A stretch of 54,025 nt of DNA from a virus. Its lineage: Duplodnaviria > Caudoviricetes. Both the position numbers and the translations under genes were made by a program. The DNA is taken from positions 1 through 54,025 of IMG/VR virus record IMGVR_UViG_3300008448_000113, one strand, 5' to 3'. Each line of letters starts with the position of its first letter. The stretch's first letter is position 1. Shown piece after piece: positions 39,605-49,857 of the stretch. Under the pieces are notes generated by a model. That model was not told where the DNA came from and did not search any database. It worked only from the letters and a program-made list of their open reading frames with translations.

Positions 39605-40188
39605 TGGCGTTACAAGGTTATTGGGTGGAACATATATCATTTTCTGATACAGTTAGAAAATTTCTATTGAAGTGGCATTATTCAAATTATGCAAATGTCC
39701 AAGAAAAGGAGACGTTTGGTCTATTTAGAGAAGGAACATTCCTACCAGAATTGGTGGGTGTTTGCGTTTATACAAGACCAGCAGGTGCCAACGCAGCGAA
39801 AAAATATTATCCAAAAGATCCAGATAAATGTTTAGAACTACGTAGACTGTGTTTGATTGATGACACACCAAAAAATGCAGAAAGTTTTTTTGTTGGTAGA
39901 ACACTACGATGGTTACGAAAGAATTCAAATTGGAAATTCGTTGTTAGTTATGCAGACGAGATGCAGGGACACAAAGGAACAATATATCGTGCATCAAATT
40001 TTAAATACGAAGGTATGACCGGTGAGGGTACTACTTTATTGGTAGATGGTAAATCATTTCATATTAGAACTCTGACCATGTTGGATAGACCATATGGTGT
40101 AGAAATTAATAATAGATATAAACGGGGAGACCCTGGAATACAAGTGGTTAAAACTAAAGCAAAACACATTTACACATATAAGTTATAA
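39604..40188 (+). CDS. Mom-like GNAT DNA modification protein
   Basis: HY, ELRRL, KNAESFF and SYAD..GHKGTIYRASNF motifs. Confidence 0.7.
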   Translation: MALQGYWVEHISFSDTVRKFLLKWHYSNYANVQEKETFGLFREGTFLPELVGVCVYTRPAGANAAKKYYPKDPDKCLELRRLCLIDDTPKNAESFFVGRTLRWLRKNSNWKFVVSYADEMQGHKGTIYRASNFKYEGMTGEGTTLLVDGKSFHIRTLTMLDRPYGVEINNRYKRGDPGIQVVKTKAKHIYTYKL

Positions 40189-40196
40189 GAGGTCAT

Positions 40197-41060
40197 ATGG
40201 AAATTGATTACAGTAGAATTTTACAACCACAAGAAGATGGTTATGATGTACAGGTATATCAAGAAATTAAAAAACAAAAAGGATTTGTAAAGAAAGAATT
40301 TTCGGGTATACCAAAACGTTTTGATAATAACATCTATGTTCATTCTTGGAAAAAGAATGAATTAGCTACACCATTTGTTCCTGCAACACACCCATATTTT
40401 GATGTACTTGAGCAGGAAGCAAAGTTAGCAACTCCATTAGAATACAAAACACTTATCGGTCTTGTTGATGTGTTATCTTCGATTGAATGTCTAAATGGAA
40501 ATGAGTTTTCTTGTCAGAATGCAGCGGTAGAATATCCACACGCATGGATTGTCATGGCACCAATCAATAATCAACCAGCGATAACAATACGTAATATGTT
40601 ACATGAAATGTTACACTGGAAGTTTACAGCATTAGGATTTGGTAAGGGATGTACTCCCGAAGTATTTGACATGTTACATCACAACAATGAGTTTGTATTA
40701 AATCCAATCGATGAATTACATCATTCGATTGTAAACAGTTATGCTGATACAGCACAACCCGCAGTAGGTAAAAAAGCAACTGGTAGACCAATTAGTGCGA
40801 GCATTCACGCATATGGTTCGTTTTTGGGAGAAGCGCACGTTGCATTGAAATTTGCACGACACGATTTTAAGAAAAATTATAATTGGTTTGGGTATGCAAA
40901 GAAGTGGGGTAGTCGTCTTGAGGAGTCTATGGATGCATTGCTACGAGGAGCAAAAACAACACCGAAGGGTGCGCAGTTACTATTGGGAATGTACAAGTGG
41001 ACAAAGCAATTTGAAGAAGAATACACAGACACAGTAAAGACATTGAGTAAACTATTATAA
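40197..41060 (+). CDS. HExxH-domain protein (aKG-HExxH peptide hydroxylase-like)
   Basis: LHEMLH (40602-40616) followed by RPISASIHAYGSF. Confidence 0.55.
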   Translation: MEIDYSRILQPQEDGYDVQVYQEIKKQKGFVKKEFSGIPKRFDNNIYVHSWKKNELATPFVPATHPYFDVLEQEAKLATPLEYKTLIGLVDVLSSIECLNGNEFSCQNAAVEYPHAWIVMAPINNQPAITIRNMLHEMLHWKFTALGFGKGCTPEVFDMLHHNNEFVLNPIDELHHSIVNSYADTAQPAVGKKATGRPISASIHAYGSFLGEAHVALKFARHDFKKNYNWFGYAKKWGSRLEESMDALLRGAKTTPKGAQLLLGMYKWTKQFEEEYTDTVKTLSKLL

Positions 41061-41071
41061 TGGAGTAATCA

Positions 41072-41434
41072 ATGGGAATGTTCGATGAAATTCGGGTAGA
41101 GCATATTTTACCTGGTGAAACGGAAATTACGGATACTTGGTATCAAACGAAATCACTTGAGAACGTAATGGCTAGATATGTTATTACTGCTAAGGGTGAA
41201 TTATATGAAGATAGATGGGATTACGAATGGGTGGAAGATTCCAATCATTTCTTAAAAGGATATTTAAATAAAATAGAAGACAGTTATCGTCGTGAGTACT
41301 TGACAAACTTCCACGGGGATATTATATTTTATACAAGTAAACCGATGAACGAAAATCGTATATGGCGTGATTATCACGCACGTTTTACGAATGGAAAATT
41401 ATCTAATATTTGGTACGAAGATAAACAATACTAA
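41072..41434 (+). CDS. Hypothetical phage protein
   Basis: MGMFD...YQTKSL...FHGDI.FY...FTNGKL; GGAG SD. Confidence 0.7.
   Translation: MGMFDEIRVEHILPGETEITDTWYQTKSLENVMARYVITAKGELYEDRWDYEWVEDSNHFLKGYLNKIEDSYRREYLTNFHGDIIFYTSKPMNENRIWRDYHARFTNGKLSNIWYEDKQY
41300..41328 (+). promoter_or_regulatory. Intragenic sigma70-like promoter for the clamp operon
   Basis: TTGACA-N17-TATATT inside the CDS preceding the clamp gene. Confidence 0.6.
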
Positions 41435-41455
41435 ACAATTAAGAGGTTAAAGGTT

Positions 41456-42175
41456 ATGGAAAAGTCAAAGTTGGAAAAGTTTATTGTGAAGTACGCACTT
41501 GGTGGTTCATGTGAAAGTGTACTGTGGAAGTCGGATGGTAATGATATTACCGTACGAGTTATTTCCGATGATAAGAATGTTTTGGGAATCGTAACTGTCA
41601 AGGATGTACGGTTGGAGGAAGGTGATTATGGTATCTTTGATACCAAGCAGTTGTCTTCAATGCTGTCTGTATTGAGTGATTCCATCACAGTAACACCACG
41701 GAAGAACTCTGGAAAGACTTCCGCTATTCATATCACCGATAGTGTTGTGAAGGTTGATTACGTGCTGGCAGATGCAGCGGTAATTCCCAATGCTCCTGAC
41801 TTGAAGCAGTTGCCAAACTTCGAAGTAGAAATTCAACTGGACCAGAAGTTTATCAATACCTTTCTTAAGGCAAAGGGCGCTCTCTCCGATGTAGAGACGT
41901 TTACGGTTCTGAGCGATGGAACCACGGCAAGTATTGTTCTTGGATACTCAGACATGAATACTAACCGTATCACACTGGATGTTGATACTACACACAATGC
42001 AAAGATTAATCCTATTAATTTCTCGGCACGATATCTAAAGGAAATCCTTTCGGCAAATCGTGAATCCACTGGTGGTGTATTGAAGGTTAGTAGTAAGGGA
42101 CTTGCATACGTAAAGTTCGGACTTACAGAATATAACACAGATTATTACCTCGTACAAATTCAGTCTGCTTCCTAA
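41456..42175 (+). CDS. Sliding clamp (gp45-like)
   Basis: Size, GIFDT.QL, VSSKGLA..F and YYLV patterns; close to the clamp loader genes. Confidence 0.7.
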   Translation: MEKSKLEKFIVKYALGGSCESVLWKSDGNDITVRVISDDKNVLGIVTVKDVRLEEGDYGIFDTKQLSSMLSVLSDSITVTPRKNSGKTSAIHITDSVVKVDYVLADAAVIPNAPDLKQLPNFEVEIQLDQKFINTFLKAKGALSDVETFTVLSDGTTASIVLGYSDMNTNRITLDVDTTHNAKINPINFSARYLKEILSANRESTGGVLKVSSKGLAYVKFGLTEYNTDYYLVQIQSAS

Positions 42176-43608
42176 TGTCATTTTTTGATTTTGATAGTGT
42201 AGAAACACCAACCGCACACACATCCCCTTCGGTGAAAAAACCACCGAAGGGTGGTATCGTGTTGAATAACAATGCCACCGATTTCTTTAGTGGTGAAGGT
42301 GCTTCATTTGACTTTGATATAGAAAAACAAAAGTTTGTTAACCACATGGATTTTTTGAAAAATCAATCCGTGCAAGAAAATACACTATACAAAAAATGGA
42401 AAGAACTGACTACCGATTTCAATAATACAAAAGATATTCAGTCGGCACAAATCGTTGAAGCAAAGATTTGGAAGCCAACGGATATCATGAATAAAGATTT
42501 AACTATAAAAGAACTACAAGAACTTTCACCGGAAGTTGTTATCGTAGAACCAGATGATTCGACATTTTCTGATTGGAAATATCTTCGTGTCATGTGCTCG
42601 ACGTTTGAGTTTACGGCAAATCCTGGTAGACTGATTCGTATTCTTATCAGAGATAAAAATTCTGGTAAATATCTTGGTGTATGTGCATTGGGTTCTGATG
42701 TCGCATCGGTTGGTGTTCGTGACAAATGGATTGGGTGGACAAAGGAAAATAAATTTAACGATGGACTACTTAACTGTACGTCTATTGGTACAACGATTGT
42801 ACCAACACAACCGTTTGGATATAATTTCTTAGGTGGTAAACTTGTTGCATCACTATTAACAACGGAGTCTGTCCGTAATTATTGGAAGGCTAAGTTTGGT
42901 AATACACTCGTAGGTTTAACAACAACGTCATTATATGGTTCGCATAGTATGTATCAACGTATCCCGTTCTGGAAAGAATTGGGAGTGACGGCTGGTAAGA
43001 TTGCTCTTAAGCCCGATGATGATATTTTTCAAGAATGGGCCAACTATCTCAAGGTAAATCATTCCGAAGGATTCGACAGAGCAACCATTCCATACGTTGG
43101 TGAAATTACACAAAAGGATAATATTTGGATTTGTGAAGACGAATTTATTAGAATCACAGCACCAACACGAGAACAGTTAATTGCAACGTTAGAAGCGGAC
43201 AATTATTCTGTACACAGTAATGGTGAGGTGTATGATAAGAAGTCGAGACACAAGTTCCCACCGACAGGACCAAAACAGCAAACCATGTTATTGTTGTTTA
43301 AGATTTTGGATGTGAAGTCTACGGAATATCAACACGGATTTCAACGGGGTGTGTATTTTGCACCGATATATGAAAATACACGAGAATACCTACGAAAAGA
43401 AATCGATGAAAGTCAACTAATTTTATCCGATAAGTTAAAAAATGATGTTGATAGTGTAATGTCTTGGTGGCGAGAAAAAGCCATTAAACGGTACATAAAC
43501 TTATACGAAAATAACAGATTGAATGGTGGTACATTGTATTATCGGAAGATGGTACAGATGAACTGGGATGAAGCTAAACTTACATATTTGGGTGAGGTGG
43601 GTAGATAA
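42175..43608 (+). CDS. DUF4338 (DruA-like) domain protein
   Basis: NPGR, RDKWIGW, PFGYNFLGGKL and TTTSLYG motifs. Confidence 0.6.
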   Translation: MSFFDFDSVETPTAHTSPSVKKPPKGGIVLNNNATDFFSGEGASFDFDIEKQKFVNHMDFLKNQSVQENTLYKKWKELTTDFNNTKDIQSAQIVEAKIWKPTDIMNKDLTIKELQELSPEVVIVEPDDSTFSDWKYLRVMCSTFEFTANPGRLIRILIRDKNSGKYLGVCALGSDVASVGVRDKWIGWTKENKFNDGLLNCTSIGTTIVPTQPFGYNFLGGKLVASLLTTESVRNYWKAKFGNTLVGLTTTSLYGSHSMYQRIPFWKELGVTAGKIALKPDDDIFQEWANYLKVNHSEGFDRATIPYVGEITQKDNIWICEDEFIRITAPTREQLIATLEADNYSVHSNGEVYDKKSRHKFPPTGPKQQTMLLLFKILDVKSTEYQHGFQRGVYFAPIYENTREYLRKEIDESQLILSDKLKNDVDSVMSWWREKAIKRYINLYENNRLNGGTLYYRKMVQMNWDEAKLTYLGEVGR

Positions 43609-44519
43609 TGGAACATACACTTTGGTGCGAAAAGTATCGTCCCGATACGTTGGAAAATTATATCGGGAATGAGCATGTAAAGACTAAACTCACACAGTTT
43701 ATTCAAGAACAAGATATTCCACATCTACTATTTTGTGGTACTGCTGGTACTGGTAAGACTACTGCTGCAAAGATACTGATAAAAAATATTGATTGTGATT
43801 ATCTGTTTATCAATGCGTCCGATGAAAACTCCGTGGATACGATTCGTACGAAGATTAAAAACTTCGCTGCTACCATGAGTTTCAAACCATTAAAAATTAT
43901 TGTACTGGACGAGGCGGACTACATTACACCACAGGCACAAGCAGCACTTCGTAATCTAATGGAAGTATTTAGTAAAAATACAAGATTTATCCTGACTTGT
44001 AATTACGTAGAACGTATCATTGACCCCTTGATTAGTCGGTCACAAGTGTTTAAATTAACACCACCGTCAAAGAAAGAAGTGGCAGTGCATTTAATGAAGA
44101 TATTGGAGAAAGAACATGTTGTATATGATAAGTCAGTTATCGCAGCCTTGGTTAACGCGTATTATCCAGATATTCGCCGGATTCTTAATAATTCGCAAAA
44201 TCAAACAAGTGGCGGAAAGCTGCAACTGAATGTAGAAGAAATAATCGCTGGTGATTATAAATTGAAGGTCTTGGATGTTTTGATGGGAAACCTCCCATTG
44301 AAAGATAAGATTAATGAAATAAGACAGATTGTAGCAGATAGTAATGTAAAGGATTTTACTGAACTGTATAGATTATTGTTTGATAAGGTAACTGATTACG
44401 CACCGACAAAAATACCACATAGTATTAGAGAAATCGCTGAAGGACAGTTTCGTGATAATTTTGTAGTAGATAAGGAAATTACTTTTGTAGCAACGTTATA
44501 TAACATTTTAAATAGTTAA
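43608..44519 (+). CDS. Clamp loader ATPase subunit (gp44/RFC small)
   Basis: EKYRP, GTAGTGKTT, NASD, LDEAD and SR motifs. Confidence 0.92.
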   Translation: MEHTLWCEKYRPDTLENYIGNEHVKTKLTQFIQEQDIPHLLFCGTAGTGKTTAAKILIKNIDCDYLFINASDENSVDTIRTKIKNFAATMSFKPLKIIVLDEADYITPQAQAALRNLMEVFSKNTRFILTCNYVERIIDPLISRSQVFKLTPPSKKEVAVHLMKILEKEHVVYDKSVIAALVNAYYPDIRRILNNSQNQTSGGKLQLNVEEIIAGDYKLKVLDVLMGNLPLKDKINEIRQIVADSNVKDFTELYRLLFDKVTDYAPTKIPHSIREIAEGQFRDNFVVDKEITFVATLYNILNS

Positions 44520-44528
44520 GAGGTAGGT

Positions 44529-44834
44529 ATGTCAAATAATCGTTTCAACGGACCACCGCAGCAACCACAGTTTAATTTTGATATTTCACAGGCAGACGAT
44601 GTAACGTGTGAACGGTGTGGTAATTATACATTCGAACAAGTTGTCTTGATGAAGAAGGTATCCGCACTGGTATCACCGACAGGGAAAGATGCCGTGGTTC
44701 CCATTCCAACATTTTCTTGTAATGCATGTGGACACATCAATCGTGGATTTCTACCGGTAACTCCAAAAGGAATGAATGAAGAAAATGCACCAGAAGCAGA
44801 ACCATCGAAGCCAACTCTTATACTGGAAAAGTAA
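44529..44834 (+). CDS. Zn-ribbon protein
   Basis: CERCG and CNACGH pairs. Confidence 0.7.
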   Translation: MSNNRFNGPPQQPQFNFDISQADDVTCERCGNYTFEQVVLMKKVSALVSPTGKDAVVPIPTFSCNACGHINRGFLPVTPKGMNEENAPEAEPSKPTLILEK

Positions 44835-44837
44835 TTT

Positions 44838-45437
44838 ATGGCAAAATCAAAAGTAACCACCCCGATTGAAAACGTAGGTAGTGCACAGAATATTATTACG
44901 AACGGATCTTCTATTCGTGATATGGGTATTTACTATCTGTGTGATGAATTTAATAGTAATACCGCACGTGACGTTGTTACTTGGATTTTAGATAGTAACC
45001 TACAGAAGCATAAAACACCTGATCACTTAACTCTGATGATTACTAGTTACGGTGGTGATTTGACGGCGGCGTTTTCTATTATCGATATAATGCGTGGAAG
45101 TGCAATTCCGATTAAAACCGTTGGTCTTGGTGTTATTGCATCGGCTGGACTACTGACATTTATTTCTGGTCAAAAGGGAAGTCGTATCATTACGCCAAAC
45201 ACCAGTATCTTGTCACATCAGTGGTCGTGGGGTCAGGCAGGAAAGGAACATGAACTTGTCGCCACGATGCGTGAGTTCGAATTGACTACGACTCGTATGA
45301 TTAATCATTACAAGAAATGCACTGGACTTCCTGAAAAGACTATTCGTGAACGACTTCTTCCCCCGCAGGATGTATGGTTGTCACCGCAAGAAGCTAAAAA
45401 GTATAAGTTGTGTGACATTGTAAAGGATATTAAGTGA
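44838..45437 (+). CDS. clpP: ClpP-like protease subunit
   Basis: ITSYGG, IASAG, HQ and WLSPQEA motifs. Confidence 0.85.
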   Translation: MAKSKVTTPIENVGSAQNIITNGSSIRDMGIYYLCDEFNSNTARDVVTWILDSNLQKHKTPDHLTLMITSYGGDLTAAFSIIDIMRGSAIPIKTVGLGVIASAGLLTFISGQKGSRIITPNTSILSHQWSWGQAGKEHELVATMREFELTTTRMINHYKKCTGLPEKTIRERLLPPQDVWLSPQEAKKYKLCDIVKDIK

Positions 45438-45444
45438 GGATTTG

Positions 45445-46257
45445 ATGGAACAATCCTATGTCAACACTTCCCGTGTTACAGTGAGAGAAATCAGTAAAGC
45501 TGTAGCACGGGAGTTTGTGCAGAAACATCACTACACTCGTAAGTTTAGTTCTACCAGATATGCACTCGGTGTCTTTTATAAAGAGGATTCCGACCATATG
45601 TTTTTTTCTGGTGATAATGAAACACTCATTGGGTGTATGACATATGGACACCCTGTTAGTAATCGAACGGTGGATAGTATCGCAGATGGAATTCAACTAG
45701 ATGAAGTATTGGAACTAACTAGATTGGTATGTTTGGATGGGTATGGTAAAAATCTAGAAAGTTATGTGATTGGTCAATCGTTTGAATGGTTGAAGAAAAA
45801 TGATACACGGGTAAAAGTCTTGGTCAGTTACGCAGATCCAGAACAATCGCATACTGGTGGAATATATCGTGCAACAAACTGGTTGTATCAAGGGTGTGGA
45901 GCATCGAAGTTAATGCCAGACTATTCTATAAAATTGGAAGAAACTGGTATGTGGATACACTCACGAACCGTTAGTGCAAAATTTGGTAATAAATCTATAG
46001 AAAACCTTGCTAGGGTAATCGGTCATACATTCTGGCGGAAGGAGGAAACTTCCAAGCATCGTTATATATATTTTCTATGTAATAAAAAAGAAAAGAAATA
46101 CTTATTAACAAGACTTAAAATGCCTATTATTGATTTTAAGAATACGAAACCCGTAGTACAATTAATACAAAAGGTTTGGGTCAAGGATAACACGGTTGAT
46201 AGTATTGAAGTCTTGCAGGGTGTAGACAATGGATGGAAACCACAAAATTATATATAA
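45445..46257 (+). CDS. Second Mom-like GNAT DNA modification protein
   Basis: HHY, ELTRL, KNLES and SYADPEQSHTGGIYRATNW motifs. Confidence 0.7.
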   Translation: MEQSYVNTSRVTVREISKAVAREFVQKHHYTRKFSSTRYALGVFYKEDSDHMFFSGDNETLIGCMTYGHPVSNRTVDSIADGIQLDEVLELTRLVCLDGYGKNLESYVIGQSFEWLKKNDTRVKVLVSYADPEQSHTGGIYRATNWLYQGCGASKLMPDYSIKLEETGMWIHSRTVSAKFGNKSIENLARVIGHTFWRKEETSKHRYIYFLCNKKEKKYLLTRLKMPIIDFKNTKPVVQLIQKVWVKDNTVDSIEVLQGVDNGWKPQNYI

Positions 46258-46268
46258 CGGAAAACCGT

Positions 46269-46931
46269 ATGAAAGTAGCTATTGTTTCGACACCTAGAAC
46301 TTGTTCTAGTATTTTAGGTGGGATATTTGCCAAGAAATATAACCTAACCGATATGTCTGAAATTTTTACATCGGCGGAAACCTCTGATGACGCAGCAAAC
46401 TTATTGGAAACATTAAAAACTACAGACAACTACGTGGTAAAAATAACTACTACATCTCTAACAGATTTCACAGATGTATTTCAATATAACACATTTCCTT
46501 GGGAAATCTTTGATAAAATTGTATTAACAGAAAGAACCAATAAATTACAACAAGTTGCAAGTTGGTTAGCACTCAATACAGCACAGAAAAGTGGTAAGAA
46601 ATCTGCCTTGGATATAAATCAGTTTGTTGCAGAGACATTAGGAACTGATGTGGATTTGGAATGTGACACACATCAAATTAATAATATTGTAAATAATATA
46701 AATTTCTATTATGATAATACAAAACCACACTTATTGTCATTGAACTTACCAACGTGTGTAGTTACACATGAATTGATGCAACTACCAAAGGACGAAGTAA
46801 TAATACAATTAAATCAAATACTAAATGAAACTGTAATGTTGGAAGATATTGACAATTCAATACAAAGTAACATAGATTATACATCGTTGATTGTGAAGTA
46901 CGAACTTGAAAAATTAATATCGGAATTATAA
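46269..46931 (+). CDS. Sulfotransferase-like protein
   Basis: STPRTCSS loop, VVK and LTER...QVASW. Confidence 0.45.
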   Translation: MKVAIVSTPRTCSSILGGIFAKKYNLTDMSEIFTSAETSDDAANLLETLKTTDNYVVKITTTSLTDFTDVFQYNTFPWEIFDKIVLTERTNKLQQVASWLALNTAQKSGKKSALDINQFVAETLGTDVDLECDTHQINNIVNNINFYYDNTKPHLLSLNLPTCVVTHELMQLPKDEVIIQLNQILNETVMLEDIDNSIQSNIDYTSLIVKYELEKLISEL

Positions 46932-47365
46932 TGTCAACTAAAGGGTTATTCGAACATATAGATGCAATCTACACAAATCAAAAAGTAGATTATTTTGATA
47001 CGTTAACTGATGCGGATAAGAAGTCATATAACAACTACATGGTGAATAGATTTCTTAGTATGAATCCGCATCAGTTACCATTTGTAAATGAACTACAAAA
47101 ATACACACTAGATACAAAAACACATTATCTGTTTTTCAGTCAAGTAATTCCTCGTGGTAAGCAGTATAACAAATACATAAAAAAGACAAAGGAAGTAAAA
47201 TACGAAGAATGGTTGATAGAGATAGTGTCACGGCACTACGAGGTATCAACAGACGAAGCACGAGAATATTTGGAAATTTATTATAAGCAGGACAAAGACG
47301 CATTGAGAAAACTGTGTCAGATGTATGGAATTGATAATAAACAGTTAAAGAAAGCTAAGTTATGA
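46931..47365 (+). CDS. Clamp loader small subunit (gp62-like)
   Basis: YMVNRFLS, NELQ and Y.VS..EA.EY patterns. Confidence 0.7.
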   Translation: MSTKGLFEHIDAIYTNQKVDYFDTLTDADKKSYNNYMVNRFLSMNPHQLPFVNELQKYTLDTKTHYLFFSQVIPRGKQYNKYIKKTKEVKYEEWLIEIVSRHYEVSTDEAREYLEIYYKQDKDALRKLCQMYGIDNKQLKKAKL

Positions 47366-47808
47366 TGTGGGAACAATATTTCAGAAACATTACAAATGAA
47401 GTAAAAAAGAAATCAAAAGATAAATACACACAAATTGGCGCATTGATTGTTGGATTGGATAATGAAATTGTGTCATCGGGATATAATTCGTTTCCACGAG
47501 GAATAGCGGATGATAAGAATGATAGGCAAGAACGACCTGAAAAGTATTATTGGTTTGAACACGCTGAACGAAATGCTATTTACAATGCGGCAAGAATTGG
47601 CGTATCCACTAAAGGTTGTACGATGTACCTTACGTGTAGCATACCTTGTGCTGATTGCAGTCGCGGTATTATCAATGCTGGTATTACCAAGATAGTGTGT
47701 GAAAAGAATCCATCGTTCGGAGCATCCGGTAATATGTGGGATGAACATGCAAAACGTAGTTTAATTATGTTTGAAGAAGCAGGAGTGGAGATTAAATATT
47801 ATGAGTAA
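47362..47808 (+). CDS. dCMP deaminase
   Basis: SKD, GYN, HAERNA and PCADC motifs. Confidence 0.9.
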   Translation: MMWEQYFRNITNEVKKKSKDKYTQIGALIVGLDNEIVSSGYNSFPRGIADDKNDRQERPEKYYWFEHAERNAIYNAARIGVSTKGCTMYLTCSIPCADCSRGIINAGITKIVCEKNPSFGASGNMWDEHAKRSLIMFEEAGVEIKYYE

Positions 47809-48049
47809 TGGTAAAGGTGATACACCACGGCCACTCAGTGTGGACCAACAAACATTCTCAAGTAATTGGGATAGAATCTTTAATAGTACGTGTGAGTATA
47901 GTGGATTACCTAATACGTCGAGTTATGACGAATCGGATAAAGAATATAATGAGATTCGTGCGTCTGGTTTGTTCTGGGAGTTATTTCCTGAATTAACTGG
48001 ACATTGGGAAACCGATAAATCCGAATGGAAACGTGTGTACAAATCATGA
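47801..48049 (+). CDS. Hypothetical protein
   Basis: GKGDTPRP...NWDRIF; GGAG SD. Confidence 0.6.
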   Translation: MSNGKGDTPRPLSVDQQTFSSNWDRIFNSTCEYSGLPNTSSYDESDKEYNEIRASGLFWELFPELTGHWETDKSEWKRVYKS

Positions 48050-48279
48050 GTATTTACCAAGCAAAGAAAGTGGGTAATACTCCATCTGGTAGTAAATATA
48101 TTATATTACAAGATGGTCCAAAATCCTTTCATATTTCGGTAGCAAAGGGTGATAACCTAATATATGACCATTTTCATGATCCACCGAACTTGGACTTCTT
48201 AGATAATAATATATTATTATTGGAAGAAGAATTATATAATAAATTTCCAGTTGGTTCGGGATTAGATATACACGCATAA
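48046..48279 (+). CDS. Hypothetical protein
   Basis: ATGA overlap with the upstream stop. Confidence 0.55.
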   Translation: MSIYQAKKVGNTPSGSKYIILQDGPKSFHISVAKGDNLIYDHFHDPPNLDFLDNNILLLEEELYNKFPVGSGLDIHA

Positions 48280-48312
48280 CCCCTTGATTTTTGAGGGGTT
48301 TTGTGTTATATT
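48278..48312 (+). promoter_or_regulatory. Hairpin/terminator overlapping a sigma70-like promoter
   Basis: AACCCCT...AGGGGTT followed by a T-run; TTGATT-N17-TATATT. Confidence 0.55.
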
Positions 48313-48339
48313 ACATACATACATTTCTGTGAGGCTTCT

Positions 48340-48741
48340 ATGATGAAAGAAATACGGGCACCTGGTTTTGTTGTTTACGAGAACGGTGGATATGATCGTG
48401 ACCTTGCCAAGCAAAGTGTTGGTCAAGGTTGGTCGGGATTGATTGATGAAATCTTTGATTTGAAGGAATCGCTTAATCTCTCCAACGTTCGTATTGTTCA
48501 AGTCAAAGAAAAGTACGCGGGACTTCGGGTCTACATTGACCTGTATTCGTCTGACGAAAACGATCCAGTGTATAAATTTGAAAAGTTTCTCCATGATACG
48601 GAACTACGGAGTTTCAAGATTTGTGAAACTTGTGGGAAACCTGGTGCGGTACGAGGTCATGGTTGGTATTATACGTCCTGTGACGAACATGCACGAAATG
48701 GTGACCTTCCGCATGGAGATGATGATGCCGAAGAAAACTAA
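48340..48741 (+). CDS. Hypothetical phage protein
   Basis: GW..LI, QVKEKYAGLR and CETCG motifs. Confidence 0.7.
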   Translation: MMKEIRAPGFVVYENGGYDRDLAKQSVGQGWSGLIDEIFDLKESLNLSNVRIVQVKEKYAGLRVYIDLYSSDENDPVYKFEKFLHDTELRSFKICETCGKPGAVRGHGWYYTSCDEHARNGDLPHGDDDAEEN

Positions 48742-48955
48742 ACCAACCGACTTGCAGTTGAAGTTTACAGGTAAAATGAGTGTCCTTATCGAACTGGAAG
48801 GATATGGTCCGTTGGAATTTCGGGTAAATGATTTAGACGTAGTGAAGAAGGTTGCGGCGGTTATACTCGACGTAACTGATAATATCACCACCGTAAATTC
48901 CTACGGTAAACGTGAACAGAAAAATATGCAGAAACTACTGGATGGTATCGAATGA
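48725..48955 (+). CDS. Hypothetical protein
   Basis: ATG after GGAG; ATGA coupling to the next gene. Confidence 0.55.
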   Translation: MPKKTKPTDLQLKFTGKMSVLIELEGYGPLEFRVNDLDVVKKVAAVILDVTDNITTVNSYGKREQKNMQKLLDGIE

Positions 48956-49857
48956 ATAAGATTAGTTACTCACAGTACTCGCTGTGGGCAAATTGTCCAC
49001 TCTCGTGGAAGTTGAAGTATGTTGATGGTCATAAGTTTGATGACTCGTCAATCAATACTGTATTCGGTACTGCTATGCATGAAGTCATCCAAGAATGGTT
49101 GGAACAATACCACTATGCGGGAAAGGACACACAGGCAAAGAGTGTTGACTTGGGTGAACCGTTGAAGCAGAAGTTTATTACATTGTTTCAAGAAAACACT
49201 ACAGTCGATGCAAATGGGAACAAAGTATTCTTGTGTGATAAGAAAACTTTGATGGAGTTTTACAACCAAGGGTGTGAGATTTTATCCTATATTCAACAGC
49301 ATCGTCATAAGATTTTCCCGTCAAAAGATACCGCGCTTGCTGGTATTGAATATCCTATTGAAACGGAAGTTCGTCCTGGTGTAACGTTTATTGGTTATGT
49401 GGATATTATTACCAAGAATGAAAAGACGGGAAAGGTTACAATTATCGATTTGAAGACTTCACGGTCTGGATGGACACAGGCACAGAAAAGTGACCATATC
49501 AAACTAAACCAAATCTTATTGTATAAGAAGTTTATTTCTGAAAAGTTTAACACTCCATTAGAATTGATTGGGACCGAGTTTATTATTCTCAAGCGTACTA
49601 TTAGTGAGAACAGTCCATATCCCATTCCTCGTGTGAGTACCTTTGAACCGTCCAACGGAAAACCCTCAGTTAATCGTGCGTGGGGACATATCGAAGCGTT
49701 TTTGAATGAGTGTTTTGACGGAGAAGGAAATTATCGTACCGATTTGATTAAAGCAACACCTAGTAAAGACGCGTGTAAGTATTGTGTGTATAAGGATAAG
49801 GAAGTGTATTGTTCCGATTCATTTTACAAAATCAAAAAAGTTAAAGTACTTACATGA
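48952..49857 (+). CDS. PD-(D/E)XK nuclease (RecB/Cas4-like)
   Basis: SYSQ...CP, GTAMHE, GYVD, IDLKT, Q...Y and CKYC...C motifs. Confidence 0.85.
   Translation: MNKISYSQYSLWANCPLSWKLKYVDGHKFDDSSINTVFGTAMHEVIQEWLEQYHYAGKDTQAKSVDLGEPLKQKFITLFQENTTVDANGNKVFLCDKKTLMEFYNQGCEILSYIQQHRHKIFPSKDTALAGIEYPIETEVRPGVTFIGYVDIITKNEKTGKVTIIDLKTSRSGWTQAQKSDHIKLNQILLYKKFISEKFNTPLELIGTEFIILKRTISENSPYPIPRVSTFEPSNGKPSVNRAWGHIEAFLNECFDGEGNYRTDLIKATPSKDACKYCVYKDKEVYCSDSFYKIKKVKVLT

Noticed and set aside
42175-43608. Druantia defence system
   Set aside because: Only a DUF4338-like gene is present, without the other Druantia components, and it sits in a phage replication operon.
48952-49857. CRISPR-associated Cas4
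   Set aside because: No array or other cas genes; stand-alone PD-(D/E)XK nucleases are common in phages.
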